A stretch of DNA of 64,000 bases from a virus, in IMG/VR virus record IMGVR_UViG_3300042923_001459, positions 44,592 to 108,591 of that record; one strand, given 5' to 3'. The number at the start of each line of letters is the position of its first letter. Positions within the stretch are counted from its first letter, which is position 1. Below are positions 49,841-58,741 of the stretch, piece by piece. The notes beneath the pieces are model-generated. The model searched no databases and was not told the DNA's origin. It saw only the letters and a list, made by a program, of their open reading frames with translations. Position numbers and translations under genes: made by a program.

Positions 49841-50311
49841 CTAGCCCATCATACTTTGTAATTGTTGTTGATATTCTTTTATCACTGTTTGAAATTTAAA
49901 TCCTGGGAACTTTTTCCATTCCAAAAGTAAAAATTTAAATGTTTCTACTTCTAGACTACCCTTAAGTACATTGCAATTTTGACATGCGCATGTTAAATTT
50001 TTAGGTGTTGATAGACCGCCTTGAGCTCTGGGTACGATATGATCGACAGTAGTACCAATTTCACCACAATATTTACAAATATTGTTATCTCTTTTAAGAA
50101 CAAATTTCTTTAAACTCATTTTGTCATAAATGAAAAAAACTACACCATCTCTATTTACAAATGCTGCCTCTTCTATTACATATTGATATGCTTTTTCAAT
50201 ATCAATTGAGTTAAACCAAATTCTGTCTTTTGTTCTTCCCATTGCTTTTACTACATTAGATTGAATCTTATCAAGTCTACTTAAAGATACTTTGATTGGC
50301 GTCATTTTCAA
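49841..50311 (-). CDS. HNH endonuclease
   Basis: RDNNICKYCG..TVDHIVPRAQGG....NLTCACQNCNVLKG. Confidence 0.9.
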   Translation of the reverse strand: MKMTPIKVSLSRLDKIQSNVVKAMGRTKDRIWFNSIDIEKAYQYVIEEAAFVNRDGVVFFIYDKMSLKKFVLKRDNNICKYCGEIGTTVDHIVPRAQGGLSTPKNLTCACQNCNVLKGSLEVETFKFLLLEWKKFPGFKFQTVIKEYQQQLQSMMG

Positions 50312-50511
50312 TTTCCCCTCTCGTATTACCTTATGAATTAATTATATCACAAGTAAAAGGGTTTGTAAACTGTTTTTTAATGTTTCTTAAAGCACTTTGG
50401 ACAGTATGTACCGCAAAACTTGATATTGCAAGACTTGCATAGTACTATGATTTCTTTTCTCATGATGCTTTTCATTGTGTCCTCCCATGTTGTAAAATGA
50501 AAAACGCCGAC

Positions 50512-50793
50512 TTAATAGTCAGCGCTTGCTACTACTTTGCTTACAAGAATCTTTGCATTTACTTTGAATTTCTTTACCTGCTTCTTATCTTCTTTGTAAA
50601 TGATGGTTGCTGCTTCAGTATTGAATGGTCCGTAGAAGAGAGTTATTTGACCATCTTCTTTGAACTTTGTGAGACCATTCTTTTCTGCTACTTTAATCAA
50701 CCGGTACAGACGTTCTCTTGCCTGTTCAGTTACCTCAGTACCATTCATTGCTACCAGTGCTTTAACCATTTTAATCATTGTTGTGAAATCCAT
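50512..50793 (-). CDS. Cassette hypothetical protein
   Basis: Own promoter + RBS. Confidence 0.7.
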   Translation of the reverse strand: MDFTTMIKMVKALVAMNGTEVTEQARERLYRLIKVAEKNGLTKFKEDGQITLFYGPFNTEAATIIYKEDKKQVKKFKVNAKILVSKVVASADY

Positions 50794-50878
50794 TTATCAT
50801 TTCCCCTTTTCGTTTTCCTAGTATGTATTACCTTATAGAGTAATTATATCACAATTTGTATAGTTTGTAAACTGTTTT

Positions 50879-51283
50879 TTAAAGATTGTTATCGTATCTT
50901 ACTCCAGTACCGGTAAAGTATCCAACACGTCCTTGGATAATCATCAATGGTATTTCTTTGAATTGCAATTTGCCAGTGTTGACCGCTTTTCCTTCAATTG
51001 GATGCAATGATGTAGTGATGTGCGGAGTTGAAGGATTCTTGTAGTACTTCATGAGTTCACTGTGGAACTCAACTTGAAAGCCTTGGTTAATATCATCATT
51101 GCCTTCTCCAAACACCATTACTTCAACGTATTCACCGATGATATCATCTGGGAGCAGTTCTTTGGGTTTGAATTCCAATGTAATATGCGGAAATTCAATT
51201 GTTCTATCTAGAGTTGGAGCAATTGCCTTTAGTTCATTATATGTACGTTCATCAAAGAATACACCTGTGTACACTGGTTTCAT
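50879..51283 (-). CDS. 2H phosphoesterase family protein
   Basis: Two HxT motifs: FPHITL and TPHITT. Confidence 0.7.
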   Translation of the reverse strand: MKPVYTGVFFDERTYNELKAIAPTLDRTIEFPHITLEFKPKELLPDDIIGEYVEVMVFGEGNDDINQGFQVEFHSELMKYYKNPSTPHITTSLHPIEGKAVNTGKLQFKEIPLMIIQGRVGYFTGTGVRYDNNL

Positions 51284-51643
51284 CTAGTTGTCCTCCTCAG
51301 GGATTTCTAAGTATGTACTACTTTCATTGTAATTCCATCCTGCTTGCGCAAACAAATACCTAGCGGACTCTTTTGTAATTGGAGTTCCATTTCTTTTACA
51401 ACCACGCAACACTGTACGCGCAAATTTCCGTTCTTTTTCTTCTTCAGTTTCTTCCATTTGAGAAGCCTTTAATTCTTCCATACGTTCCATGATTTCCATT
51501 TCGAGTTGATCTGGGAATGTACGGAATTCTTGTGCTTTGCGAATGAGAATGATACGTTTTACCAAATTACCTTTTCCATTCTTACTGAATTCAATACACT
51601 CTCTAGCTATTTCATCAACGAATTTCTTCTTTTCATTTTTCAT
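51284..51643 (-). CDS. Cassette hypothetical protein
   Basis: Own promoter, coupled to 2H gene. Confidence 0.7.
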   Translation of the reverse strand: MKNEKKKFVDEIARECIEFSKNGKGNLVKRIILIRKAQEFRTFPDQLEMEIMERMEELKASQMEETEEEKERKFARTVLRGCKRNGTPITKESARYLFAQAGWNYNESSTYLEIPEEDN

Positions 51644-51727
51644 AATTGAATCTCCTCTCGTTTTGGATTACCTTATAGATTAATTATATCACAACATGCA
51701 CAAATTGTAAACAGTTTTTTAACATGA

Positions 51728-51889
51728 AAAAACCATTCCCCTGCGAAAAGGAATGGTTTAAGGAAAACTGGAGAGAGTTGGCCAACCCTCATTAAAAGCT
51801 CCAACCTATGACCGCCGTATATGTTGCTTGCCAGTTGAAACTCTTAATGAGAGGAGGGACCGAAGTCCCTCGTAAGAGGAGAGGGTGGA
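51728..51889 (-). ncRNA. Candidate structured RNA / long 3' UTR
   Basis: C(UUCG)G hairpin, 18-bp stem perfect only with G-U on the minus strand, then terminator. Confidence 0.4.
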
Positions 51890-52447
51890 TTAAACCACCG
51901 CTTCCTCTTCAACTACTTCGGATTGCTCCTCGGATTCCTGAGTGTCCTCAGAAGCTGAAATTACTTCTTCCTCAACCGTTTGGGATTCACTGGACTCCTG
52001 TGCAGTTTCCTCTGTGGAGGAGGCTTCAGTAGTTGCTGTTTCCTCCTTCTTGGTCACCTTAGGAGCTTTTGCAACAAATTCGGACTTTTCGATTTTGAAG
52101 AAGTCCATGGTGATTAGAGTGCCTTGACGTTCACCAGTAGTTGGGTTAAGAAGGAATGCTTTCACTGCATCCTTTTTGGATGATGGACTAATCACTTCGC
52201 AGAACCGGCCAATCAAACCATCACCAGCAATTACCTTGACCACATCACCTTCAACATATGGGTTAGCACCTTCAACTTCAAACCATTTTGCTTTTGCACG
52301 GGAAACTTTACCGGATTTGAGGTCCTCAATTGCTGCATTTACTTTTTCAACCAATGCTTCCTTTTCAACACCTTCAACTTCGATATCGAATAAGCCAGCT
52401 ACCACGTTAAGAGCTTCATTGTTCATTTCCAAGGATACGTTTTTCAT
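51890..52447 (-). CDS. Rho-N-like + KOW protein, paralog 3, acidic tail
   Basis: PYVEGDVVKVIAGDGLIGR...ITMDFFKIEK. Confidence 0.62.
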   Translation of the reverse strand: MKNVSLEMNNEALNVVAGLFDIEVEGVEKEALVEKVNAAIEDLKSGKVSRAKAKWFEVEGANPYVEGDVVKVIAGDGLIGRFCEVISPSSKKDAVKAFLLNPTTGERQGTLITMDFFKIEKSEFVAKAPKVTKKEETATTEASSTEETAQESSESQTVEEEVISASEDTQESEEQSEVVEEEAVV

Positions 52448-52539
52448 TTTAATTCCTCCATTTTGTTTTTAGTTTGTTTTTGTTTCCTTACCTTATAGAT
52501 TTATTATATCATATCTTGATGTGTTTGTAAACTGTTTTT

Positions 52540-52752
52540 TTAAAGTTTTTTCAAAAAATCCAATGCCATTGATAATTCATCGCCAACCGATTCGTAATCG
52601 TGGGCGTCACCAAGACGATCCAGAGTTTCATCAGCCAATTCAGCTAATTTTTTATCATTACTACCTTTTGCATCCTCCAACGCAGTGTCAAGCGTTTGGG
52701 CTGCTGCTAGGAAATTTTCCAATGCTTGTTGCAATTGTTCCTTTTCTTCCAC
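52540..52752 (-). CDS. Cassette hypothetical protein
   Basis: Own promoter + RBS. Confidence 0.7.
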   Translation of the reverse strand: MEEKEQLQQALENFLAAAQTLDTALEDAKGSNDKKLAELADETLDRLGDAHDYESVGDELSMALDFLKKL

Positions 52753-52863
52753 TTTGTTTTCCTCCTCTTAGTTTGTATTACCTTATAGATTTATTATATC
52801 ACATTACCATGTCCTTGTAAACTGTTTTTATTAATGTTTTTTCTGTTTCTCAGATGTCGCTGA

Positions 52864-52909
52864 GTGAATTAAAAAAGGTGAGGTAATATATAACCCCACC
52901 TTGATTCAC
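52864..52909. repeat. Second repeat family copy (inverted core)
   Basis: GTGAATT..GGTGAGGTAATATATAACCCCACC..GATTCAC. Confidence 0.55.
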
Positions 52910-52917
52910 CTGATTTA

Positions 52918-53181
52918 TTACTGGCTCACTATGGTATTTACCCTACAGGATTGGTTACCGTTGCGATATGATACTGCTATTTCAAACTCAGCAATTCTAG
53001 TTTGGCCAAATGGTCCCTTAGCTGTAAGGATTTCGATGTAGATGAATTCATCCTTTGCTAATTTCTCGATGACTTCTGGTGCCTCATCGATTTGAACTTC
53101 AATCATATCCTTAGCAAATCTTACATCCACTGCAATATCAATTTCTTGGCCATCACGGTTTTTTGTTTTAACTTCGTACAT
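52918..53181 (-). CDS. Cassette hypothetical protein
   Basis: Own promoter + RBS. Confidence 0.7.
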   Translation of the reverse strand: MYEVKTKNRDGQEIDIAVDVRFAKDMIEVQIDEAPEVIEKLAKDEFIYIEILTAKGPFGQTRIAEFEIAVSYRNGNQSCRVNTIVSQ

Positions 53182-53290
53182 TTTGTTTCCTCCTTTGTTT
53201 GTATTACCTTATAGAATAATTATATCACAAACTACTATGTTTGTAAACTGTTTTTTAAAACAAAAAGGGAGGGATTTCTCCCTCCATGTC

Positions 53291-53602
53291 TTACCAAACT
53301 TGTGGTTTCCAACGAGTTTCAAACTCATCGCTAAGTTCGTATCCTTTTAGATTGGCGTATACGATAGGAGGAATTTCTCCTTCTCTATCACTTACGTAAA
53401 GGTAACCTTTCTTTACCAAGCTACCAACCACGCCTTTTGCTGACTTGATATCAATCTCTGTTTGATCGGCGATATCTCTAACTTCTATATCGGAAAAACT
53501 GTATTCCGCGTAATATCCATCCGTCATTAGGTAATTCATTACCTTTGCTTCCATTTCGGTCAGGATACCATCTTTTTGAGCTTGAGCAATTTTTTTCATC
53601 AT
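53291..53602 (-). CDS. Winged-helix DNA-binding protein
   Basis: LTEMEAKV...DIADQTEIDIKSAKGVVGSLVKKGYL. Confidence 0.65.
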   Translation of the reverse strand: MMKKIAQAQKDGILTEMEAKVMNYLMTDGYYAEYSFSDIEVRDIADQTEIDIKSAKGVVGSLVKKGYLYVSDREGEIPPIVYANLKGYELSDEFETRWKPQVW

Positions 53603-53712
53603 TTTTGAATTCCTCCAGTGTTTTTTAATTTGTATTACCTTATAGAATAATTATATCACAATATGTAGTGTTTGTAAACGGATTTTTAAAAATTCCCACA
53701 AAAAAGGAGCCC

Positions 53713-53952
53713 TTAGGCTCCATTCCTCTTCATATAATCACTAATCAATTCAAATTGGTCTCTAATTGGCAGAGTGCCACCAGTGTACCCTTGGAGGTCT
53801 TGGATTTCAATAATGGCTATCCGGTCTAGGAGTAGTCCCACAGGAACCCTGTGATGTTCTACAATAACGTCCAAGAGATATTCCAAACTTTCATGTTTCA
53901 GTGCCTCACCAGTTTCAGTGATCAATACTGTGAAATTTCTAGCTACCTTCAC
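53713..53952 (-). CDS. Cassette hypothetical protein
   Basis: Own promoter + RBS. Confidence 0.65.
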   Translation of the reverse strand: MKVARNFTVLITETGEALKHESLEYLLDVIVEHHRVPVGLLLDRIAIIEIQDLQGYTGGTLPIRDQFELISDYMKRNGA

Positions 53953-54053
53953 ATTATCTCCTCCTTTATTACCTTATAGATTAATTATATCACAATAGGA
54001 GGGATTTGTAAACGGCTTTTTAAAAATACTTCTTTGATCTCAGATGACGTCTG

Positions 54054-54099
54054 GTGAACAAAGTTCTATGAGGTAAAGGATATATATTACTTGGTTCAC
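54054..54099. repeat. Second repeat family copy
   Basis: GTGAAC-aaagttctatga-GGTAAAGGATATATATTAC-ttg-GTTCAC. Confidence 0.65.
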
Positions 54100-54143
54100 A
54101 GAAATCACACAATAAAAAGGCGGGTTGTTAGCCCGCCTACACT

Positions 54144-54593
54144 TTAGATTTCAACGAAATCAGGGTCCTCACCTGCGTCGCCATCCCAGCCACCGTTTAT
54201 TTGTACTTGTAAGGTGTGTTCTGCCGAGCCATCTGCGTCCTGTTCGCCACCAAATAGCGCGATATATTGGCATAAACCACTTGCGATATACTCGACAATG
54301 CTTTTAGCCTTTAATTCTGGGGTAGCACCTACTAACGAGTGTGCACCAATTTTATCGACCAACTCGGGGTCGAACTTGTCACTGAGCGCGGTAATACGTT
54401 GTTTATGTGCGGCAAGGTCTTCAGCGTCCATGGTTTGGTCAGTAGTGCAAATGTCGCCACTGTAAACCTCGTATGCATCCAGAATATAGCAGCTATACCG
54501 GTCATCGGTAAAAGTAGTGGCAATAAAATTTTCCAGCTTTTGTAGGTCAGCCTGCGAATTACTATTTACCCGTGCTAAGTAATATTTACTCAT
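54144..54593 (-). CDS. Hypothetical acidic protein, atypically GC-rich
   Basis: Start MSKYY after GGAGG. Confidence 0.7.
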   Translation of the reverse strand: MSKYYLARVNSNSQADLQKLENFIATTFTDDRYSCYILDAYEVYSGDICTTDQTMDAEDLAAHKQRITALSDKFDPELVDKIGAHSLVGATPELKAKSIVEYIASGLCQYIALFGGEQDADGSAEHTLQVQINGGWDGDAGEDPDFVEI

Positions 54594-54768
54594 GATATCA
54601 GCCTCCGTGTTTTTATTTACTACCTTACATAAATAATTATAACACAAAAAGTGGTTATTGTAAACGGCTTTTTAAAAAAACTTTGAATCACTTGGTGACA
54701 CCCTCTTAAAACATAGAAAAAGGGTAAGGTTATTATACCTTACCCCTTGAGGGAGGGACCCTGGTGGA

Positions 54769-55173
54769 TTATACCACCATTAGGGTACCAGGTTGGGCCA
54801 GGACCGGAAGGTTAGGGATATATAATTCGATATCCTTTGCATCCACACCCACCAGAGTGTCCTGAGTGACACCAGTTTTTGGGTTATAAAGTTGACCTTT
54901 AAAAGCATCCACCTTGGCTGAGGGTTTCACGATTTTCACTTGGCGACCTTCTGCCCATCCACTCACTACATTTACGATATCACCTTCCTTGAAAGTGACT
55001 TCCTTGTTTTCGTACCATTTTCCACCTTTTTTCACCGGTGCTTTCATTTCGTCGATTTTTTCGTTGATTTGGTTAATTAAAACCTCGGCCTTTACTCCAA
55101 CAAATTTTAAATCCATTAATTTAGCGATTTCCTGTGCAACCTTGTAATTAGTGTCCATGGATAATTTTTTCAT
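54769..55173 (-). CDS. Rho-N-like + KOW protein, paralog 4
   Basis: FKEGDIVNVVSGWAEGRQVKIVKP; start MKKLSM. Confidence 0.6.
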   Translation of the reverse strand: MKKLSMDTNYKVAQEIAKLMDLKFVGVKAEVLINQINEKIDEMKAPVKKGGKWYENKEVTFKEGDIVNVVSGWAEGRQVKIVKPSAKVDAFKGQLYNPKTGVTQDTLVGVDAKDIELYIPNLPVLAQPGTLMVV

Positions 55174-55365
55174 TTTTAATTCCTCCAATGTGTTTTTAGT
55201 TTGTTTTACCTTATAAATTAATTATATCACATTTATAAGGGTTTGTAAATGGTTTTTTAAAAGTTTTTTTAATTTAATTTTGTGTGTGTTTTTATGTTTC
55301 CTCCTTATGAATTAATTATATCACATACAATTGCCTTTGTAAACTGTTTTTTAAATAAAAAATTT

Positions 55366-55412
55366 TTAAAAATCCGTTTACAAATGGTCCCAAGTGTGAT
55401 ATAATTAAATTA
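55366..55412 (+). promoter_or_regulatory. Only plus-strand copy seen of the cassette-type promoter
   Basis: TTTACA-aatggtcccaagtgtga-TATAAT on plus strand. Confidence 0.7.
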
Positions 55413-55571
55413 GAGGGATTGTATCCTCAGCTGCTCGGACACCTCGTACACACTCACATCCCTGCCCTACAATAAGTGCTCGGTCACTTCCATTAATATG
55501 TAGATTTGCATGTCGGTCTGCATGAAAAAAGAGATACTATCAATAGCATCTCCATATGTAACATTTATAGT

Positions 55572-55871
55572 TTATGCGGATGTGGACACCCTCTGTTCCT
55601 CGATGAAACTCCAAAGCTTAGTCGTATCTATGTGTGCATATCGATCATCACAATCAATCTCAATGAGATAATCTGCTTGATACTGCAAATACATTACAAT
55701 GCGTCCCGATAAAACAATGTTGAATCCAAGTAATTGTGCTGACATTACTATTGCTCCAAATTCTAATGATTTGAAAACATCTACCCTGTTGCCATTCATC
55801 ATTTCTGCGTTATGAAATGAGTCAAACTGTTTAGCTAAGTTCTCAAATTTCTCAAGTTGCTGAATATTCAT
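55572..55871 (-). CDS. Hypothetical protein
   Basis: Variant promoter + AAGGAG. Confidence 0.65.
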   Translation of the reverse strand: MNIQQLEKFENLAKQFDSFHNAEMMNGNRVDVFKSLEFGAIVMSAQLLGFNIVLSGRIVMYLQYQADYLIEIDCDDRYAHIDTTKLWSFIEEQRVSTSA

Positions 55872-56436
55872 GTTGTTGACTCCTTTTCAAATGTTTTTTT
55901 ATCCTTATATTATTATTATAACACAATATGAAGCTAGTGTAAATAGTTTTTTTACAAATACTTATTCACCGATCTAATAACATCGATTGATTGTACATTG
56001 TTATCTCTTAATGATATACTTCTTGAACTTCTATTTGAAATAAAATCTATCATGATAACGTAATCCAATCCATCATTTTCTTTAAATTTGAATAATTAAC
56101 TTGAATCTGCCGTGACCTGTCGTGAATTTAAAATTTTGATTCATAATGGTATATACATCTATTCATCTCAAATTCAACTGGATAATCTAGTAATTGCAAT
56201 TCACAGAGTAGTTCTTTAACAGCTACTCTTACTTCTTTCTCTAAAAGATTTAGAAGTTTCTCTTGCGTATAATGAGGTGATACACAAAAGTATGACAAAA
56301 CTTCTTCCTTCAATCTCTGTCCAATCTCAGTTGATGCGTATGTCTACACGTACTCAAGCACATACGCGAGGGTGTACATGCACACACATAACGTACATAA
56401 CGTGTCATACGGGTATACATGTACGCGCGCGTATAT

Positions 56437-56465
56437 ACGTGTTTACCATAGTAAACTATATAGGC
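56437..56465. repeat. 29-bp direct repeat, copy 1
   Basis: ACGTGTTTACCATAGTAAACTATATAGGC, identical at 59775-59803. Confidence 0.85.
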
Positions 56466-56521
56466 TGCTGAATACAGCAAAAAAGGAGAGGTTGTTAGCC
56501 TCTCCTTTGTATTATGTTGGC

Positions 56522-57205
56522 TTATGCCATTTCTTTTTCTTGCTCTTCTTGTTCTTTAATTTCGGTTTCAGCATTGATTACTGGTTGCTCATCGACTGCA
56601 ACTACTTCTTCTTTTACTTCTTCCTCAACTGCTGCAGGTTCTTTAACTTCTTCTTTAACCGGAGCTGCTGCCACTACATTTGCTGGATTAGTTTGGTCAT
56701 CTGCTTTTTTGATTTTCCAGAAGTCCATTGTGATTTCGCAACCTTGAAGTGTTCCCTTTACCGGGTGAATCAGGATACATTTGATAGCATCTTTCTTAGC
56801 GGAATACTTGGTCATTTGAGCTCGGCGATTAATGAGAATCTCTCCACCAGTAATTTCAACGATATCACCAACTGCGTATGGAAGATTGGCTCCTTCTTCG
56901 TCAAACCATTTAGCTTGCTTAACTCTTGGTTCGCGAGGAGTTGTACTAGCTTGACGACCGCGTTTTGCTGGAGCTGCTGTAGTTGATTGTGCTGTTTGAC
57001 CAGCCGGAGCTTCAGTTCCTTCTTGAGAAGCTGCTTCACCATTTTGATCAACCGGAGCCGGAATTTCTACTGTTTCGCCAGCATCAATTTTAGCATTAAT
57101 CATTTCAATAATGATTGGTTTTTTCTTACCGATGTAAGTAAGACCCATTTGTTTAGCAATTGCTACCACGTCATTGTATTGAGCATCATGTGTAAGTTTT
57201 TCCAT
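56522..57205 (-). CDS. Rho-N-like + KOW protein, paralog 5, long linker and acidic tail
   Basis: YNDVVAIAKQMGLTYIGKKKPIIIEMI; PYAVGDIVEITGG...ITMDFWKIKK. Confidence 0.62.
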   Translation of the reverse strand: MEKLTHDAQYNDVVAIAKQMGLTYIGKKKPIIIEMINAKIDAGETVEIPAPVDQNGEAASQEGTEAPAGQTAQSTTAAPAKRGRQASTTPREPRVKQAKWFDEEGANLPYAVGDIVEITGGEILINRRAQMTKYSAKKDAIKCILIHPVKGTLQGCEITMDFWKIKKADDQTNPANVVAAAPVKEEVKEPAAVEEEVKEEVVAVDEQPVINAETEIKEQEEQEKEMA

Positions 57206-57420
57206 TTTTAATTCCTCCATTTTGTTTGGTTTTTTATTTCCTTACCTTATAGATTTATTATATCATATATCAAGTGTTTTGTAAATACCTTTTTTAAAGT
57301 TTTTTCAATTAATTTTTCCTCCAATCCATTTGGTATGTAATTCCTTATATAATTATTATAACCAATAACGGTGGCCTTGTAAACTAATTCTTTAAAGTTC
57401 GTACAAAAAAAGGAGCCTTA

Positions 57421-58026
57421 TCATAAAGACAAAAACTCCACGTTTTCTACATTAGAAACTGTCATAAGCAAATCTCTTAATATACCTTGAGTACGATTCT
57501 TAGCTTCTGTTGAGATGTAACTACTAGCTAAAATTTCTTCTCTAGCTTTGTCTGCAGTACTCTTATAGAACAATTGGAAATCATCTTTATTGAAGTTTTG
57601 ACGTAAAAGATCAACATCAGGTTTCTCAATTACAGCCTTGTCAAATGGAGCTTCAAACGATATTAGCATTGGTTGTGGTGTAATGATTTGGATAGTGTTT
57701 CCTTTAATTGATATCCCTTTTATTACTTCATTAATGTCAAAGCCCATTTTGACATTTCCGTGTAGCGTGAACTTAAACGTTCTACCACCAAAGAAATTTG
57801 AATCATAGTAGCTAGACTCTTTACTGAAAGGAACATTAAGACCTACTATTTCTGCTTTAGTTGAAAGCTTTTCAATTACCGTTGCCATTTGTATTTCATT
57901 AACCTTGTTGATAGTAGTTGTGACTGAAGCTGGAATACTTTCTGGCGCTTTGGTTAAGTTTATAGTAGCTAGTGAAACAACTGCTCCAAAAGCTAGTACT
58001 GTAAATAGTTTTACTATCATTTTCAT
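57421..58026 (-). CDS. DUF4230-like membrane-anchored protein
   Basis: N-terminal TM, G.VKMGFD, I.I..PQP, A..R....L..LL pattern. Confidence 0.65.
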   Translation of the reverse strand: MKMIVKLFTVLAFGAVVSLATINLTKAPESIPASVTTTINKVNEIQMATVIEKLSTKAEIVGLNVPFSKESSYYDSNFFGGRTFKFTLHGNVKMGFDINEVIKGISIKGNTIQIITPQPMLISFEAPFDKAVIEKPDVDLLRQNFNKDDFQLFYKSTADKAREEILASSYISTEAKNRTQGILRDLLMTVSNVENVEFLSL

Positions 58027-58103
58027 ATTATATCATCCCTTTCGATTTTTTGACAAATTTAAAGAGAGAGGATTGGCTCCTCTCTCTCCTTGGTGCTAGT
58101 TGA

Positions 58104-58250
58104 TTACGCTTTTGCGTTTTCGGTTTCTTTAGCTGCTTGGACATCTACCTTGATACCATACTTAGCTAAAGTACTTTGAATCAACTTAGCTTCAGCGCTG
58201 CTCGCCACTTCTACATTGTTTGTACCAGTCGAGGAAAGAATTTTTGTCAT
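58104..58250 (-). CDS. Small protein (48 aa), paralog of 58429..58563
   Basis: MTKILSSTGTNNVEVASSAEAKLIQSTLAKYGIKVDVQA. Confidence 0.65.
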   Translation of the reverse strand: MTKILSSTGTNNVEVASSAEAKLIQSTLAKYGIKVDVQAAKETENAKA

Positions 58251-58428
58251 TGAAAAATCACTCCCAATTAGGTTTTTTGGTTGGACTATTGTATGATGCC
58301 AAATACAATAATAATAGGAAGAATAAGTCCTATGTAGGGGAGCGAGCAGCTTGTATTTCCTTATATTATTATTATATCACAATATATCTGTTTTGTAAAT
58401 AGGAAAAGGGGAAATAATTCCCCTTTTT

Positions 58429-58563
58429 TTAAATTGCAGTTGATAAGGCTTGTACACCAATTTTAATTCCATACTTGCCCAATGTTTCTTGGAGAAGCTT
58501 GGCTTCTGCCAGGCTAGCCACTTCCACCGAATTTGTTTGAGTAGTAGATACGATTTTAGCCAT
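58429..58563 (-). CDS. Small protein (44 aa), paralog of 58104..58250
   Basis: MAKIVSTTQTNSVEVASLAEAKLLQETLGKYGIKIGVQA. Confidence 0.65.
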   Translation of the reverse strand: MAKIVSTTQTNSVEVASLAEAKLLQETLGKYGIKIGVQALSTAI

Positions 58564-58741
58564 TAAAATCACTCCTAATTTTGGATTGGGTTTGTAAGGC
58601 TCGTACAATGTTTTTAATTTGTATTACCTTATAGATTTATTATATCACATAATTATGTATATGTAAACTGTTTTTTAAATGTTTTTGCAAAAAAAATACC
58701 CTACCCTGTGGGTAGAGCATTAGCTATTGCTGGTATCACTA

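Noticed and set aside
49841-50311. HNH gene as an intron-encoded homing element
   Set aside because: Free-standing with its own cassette promoter and no split host gene
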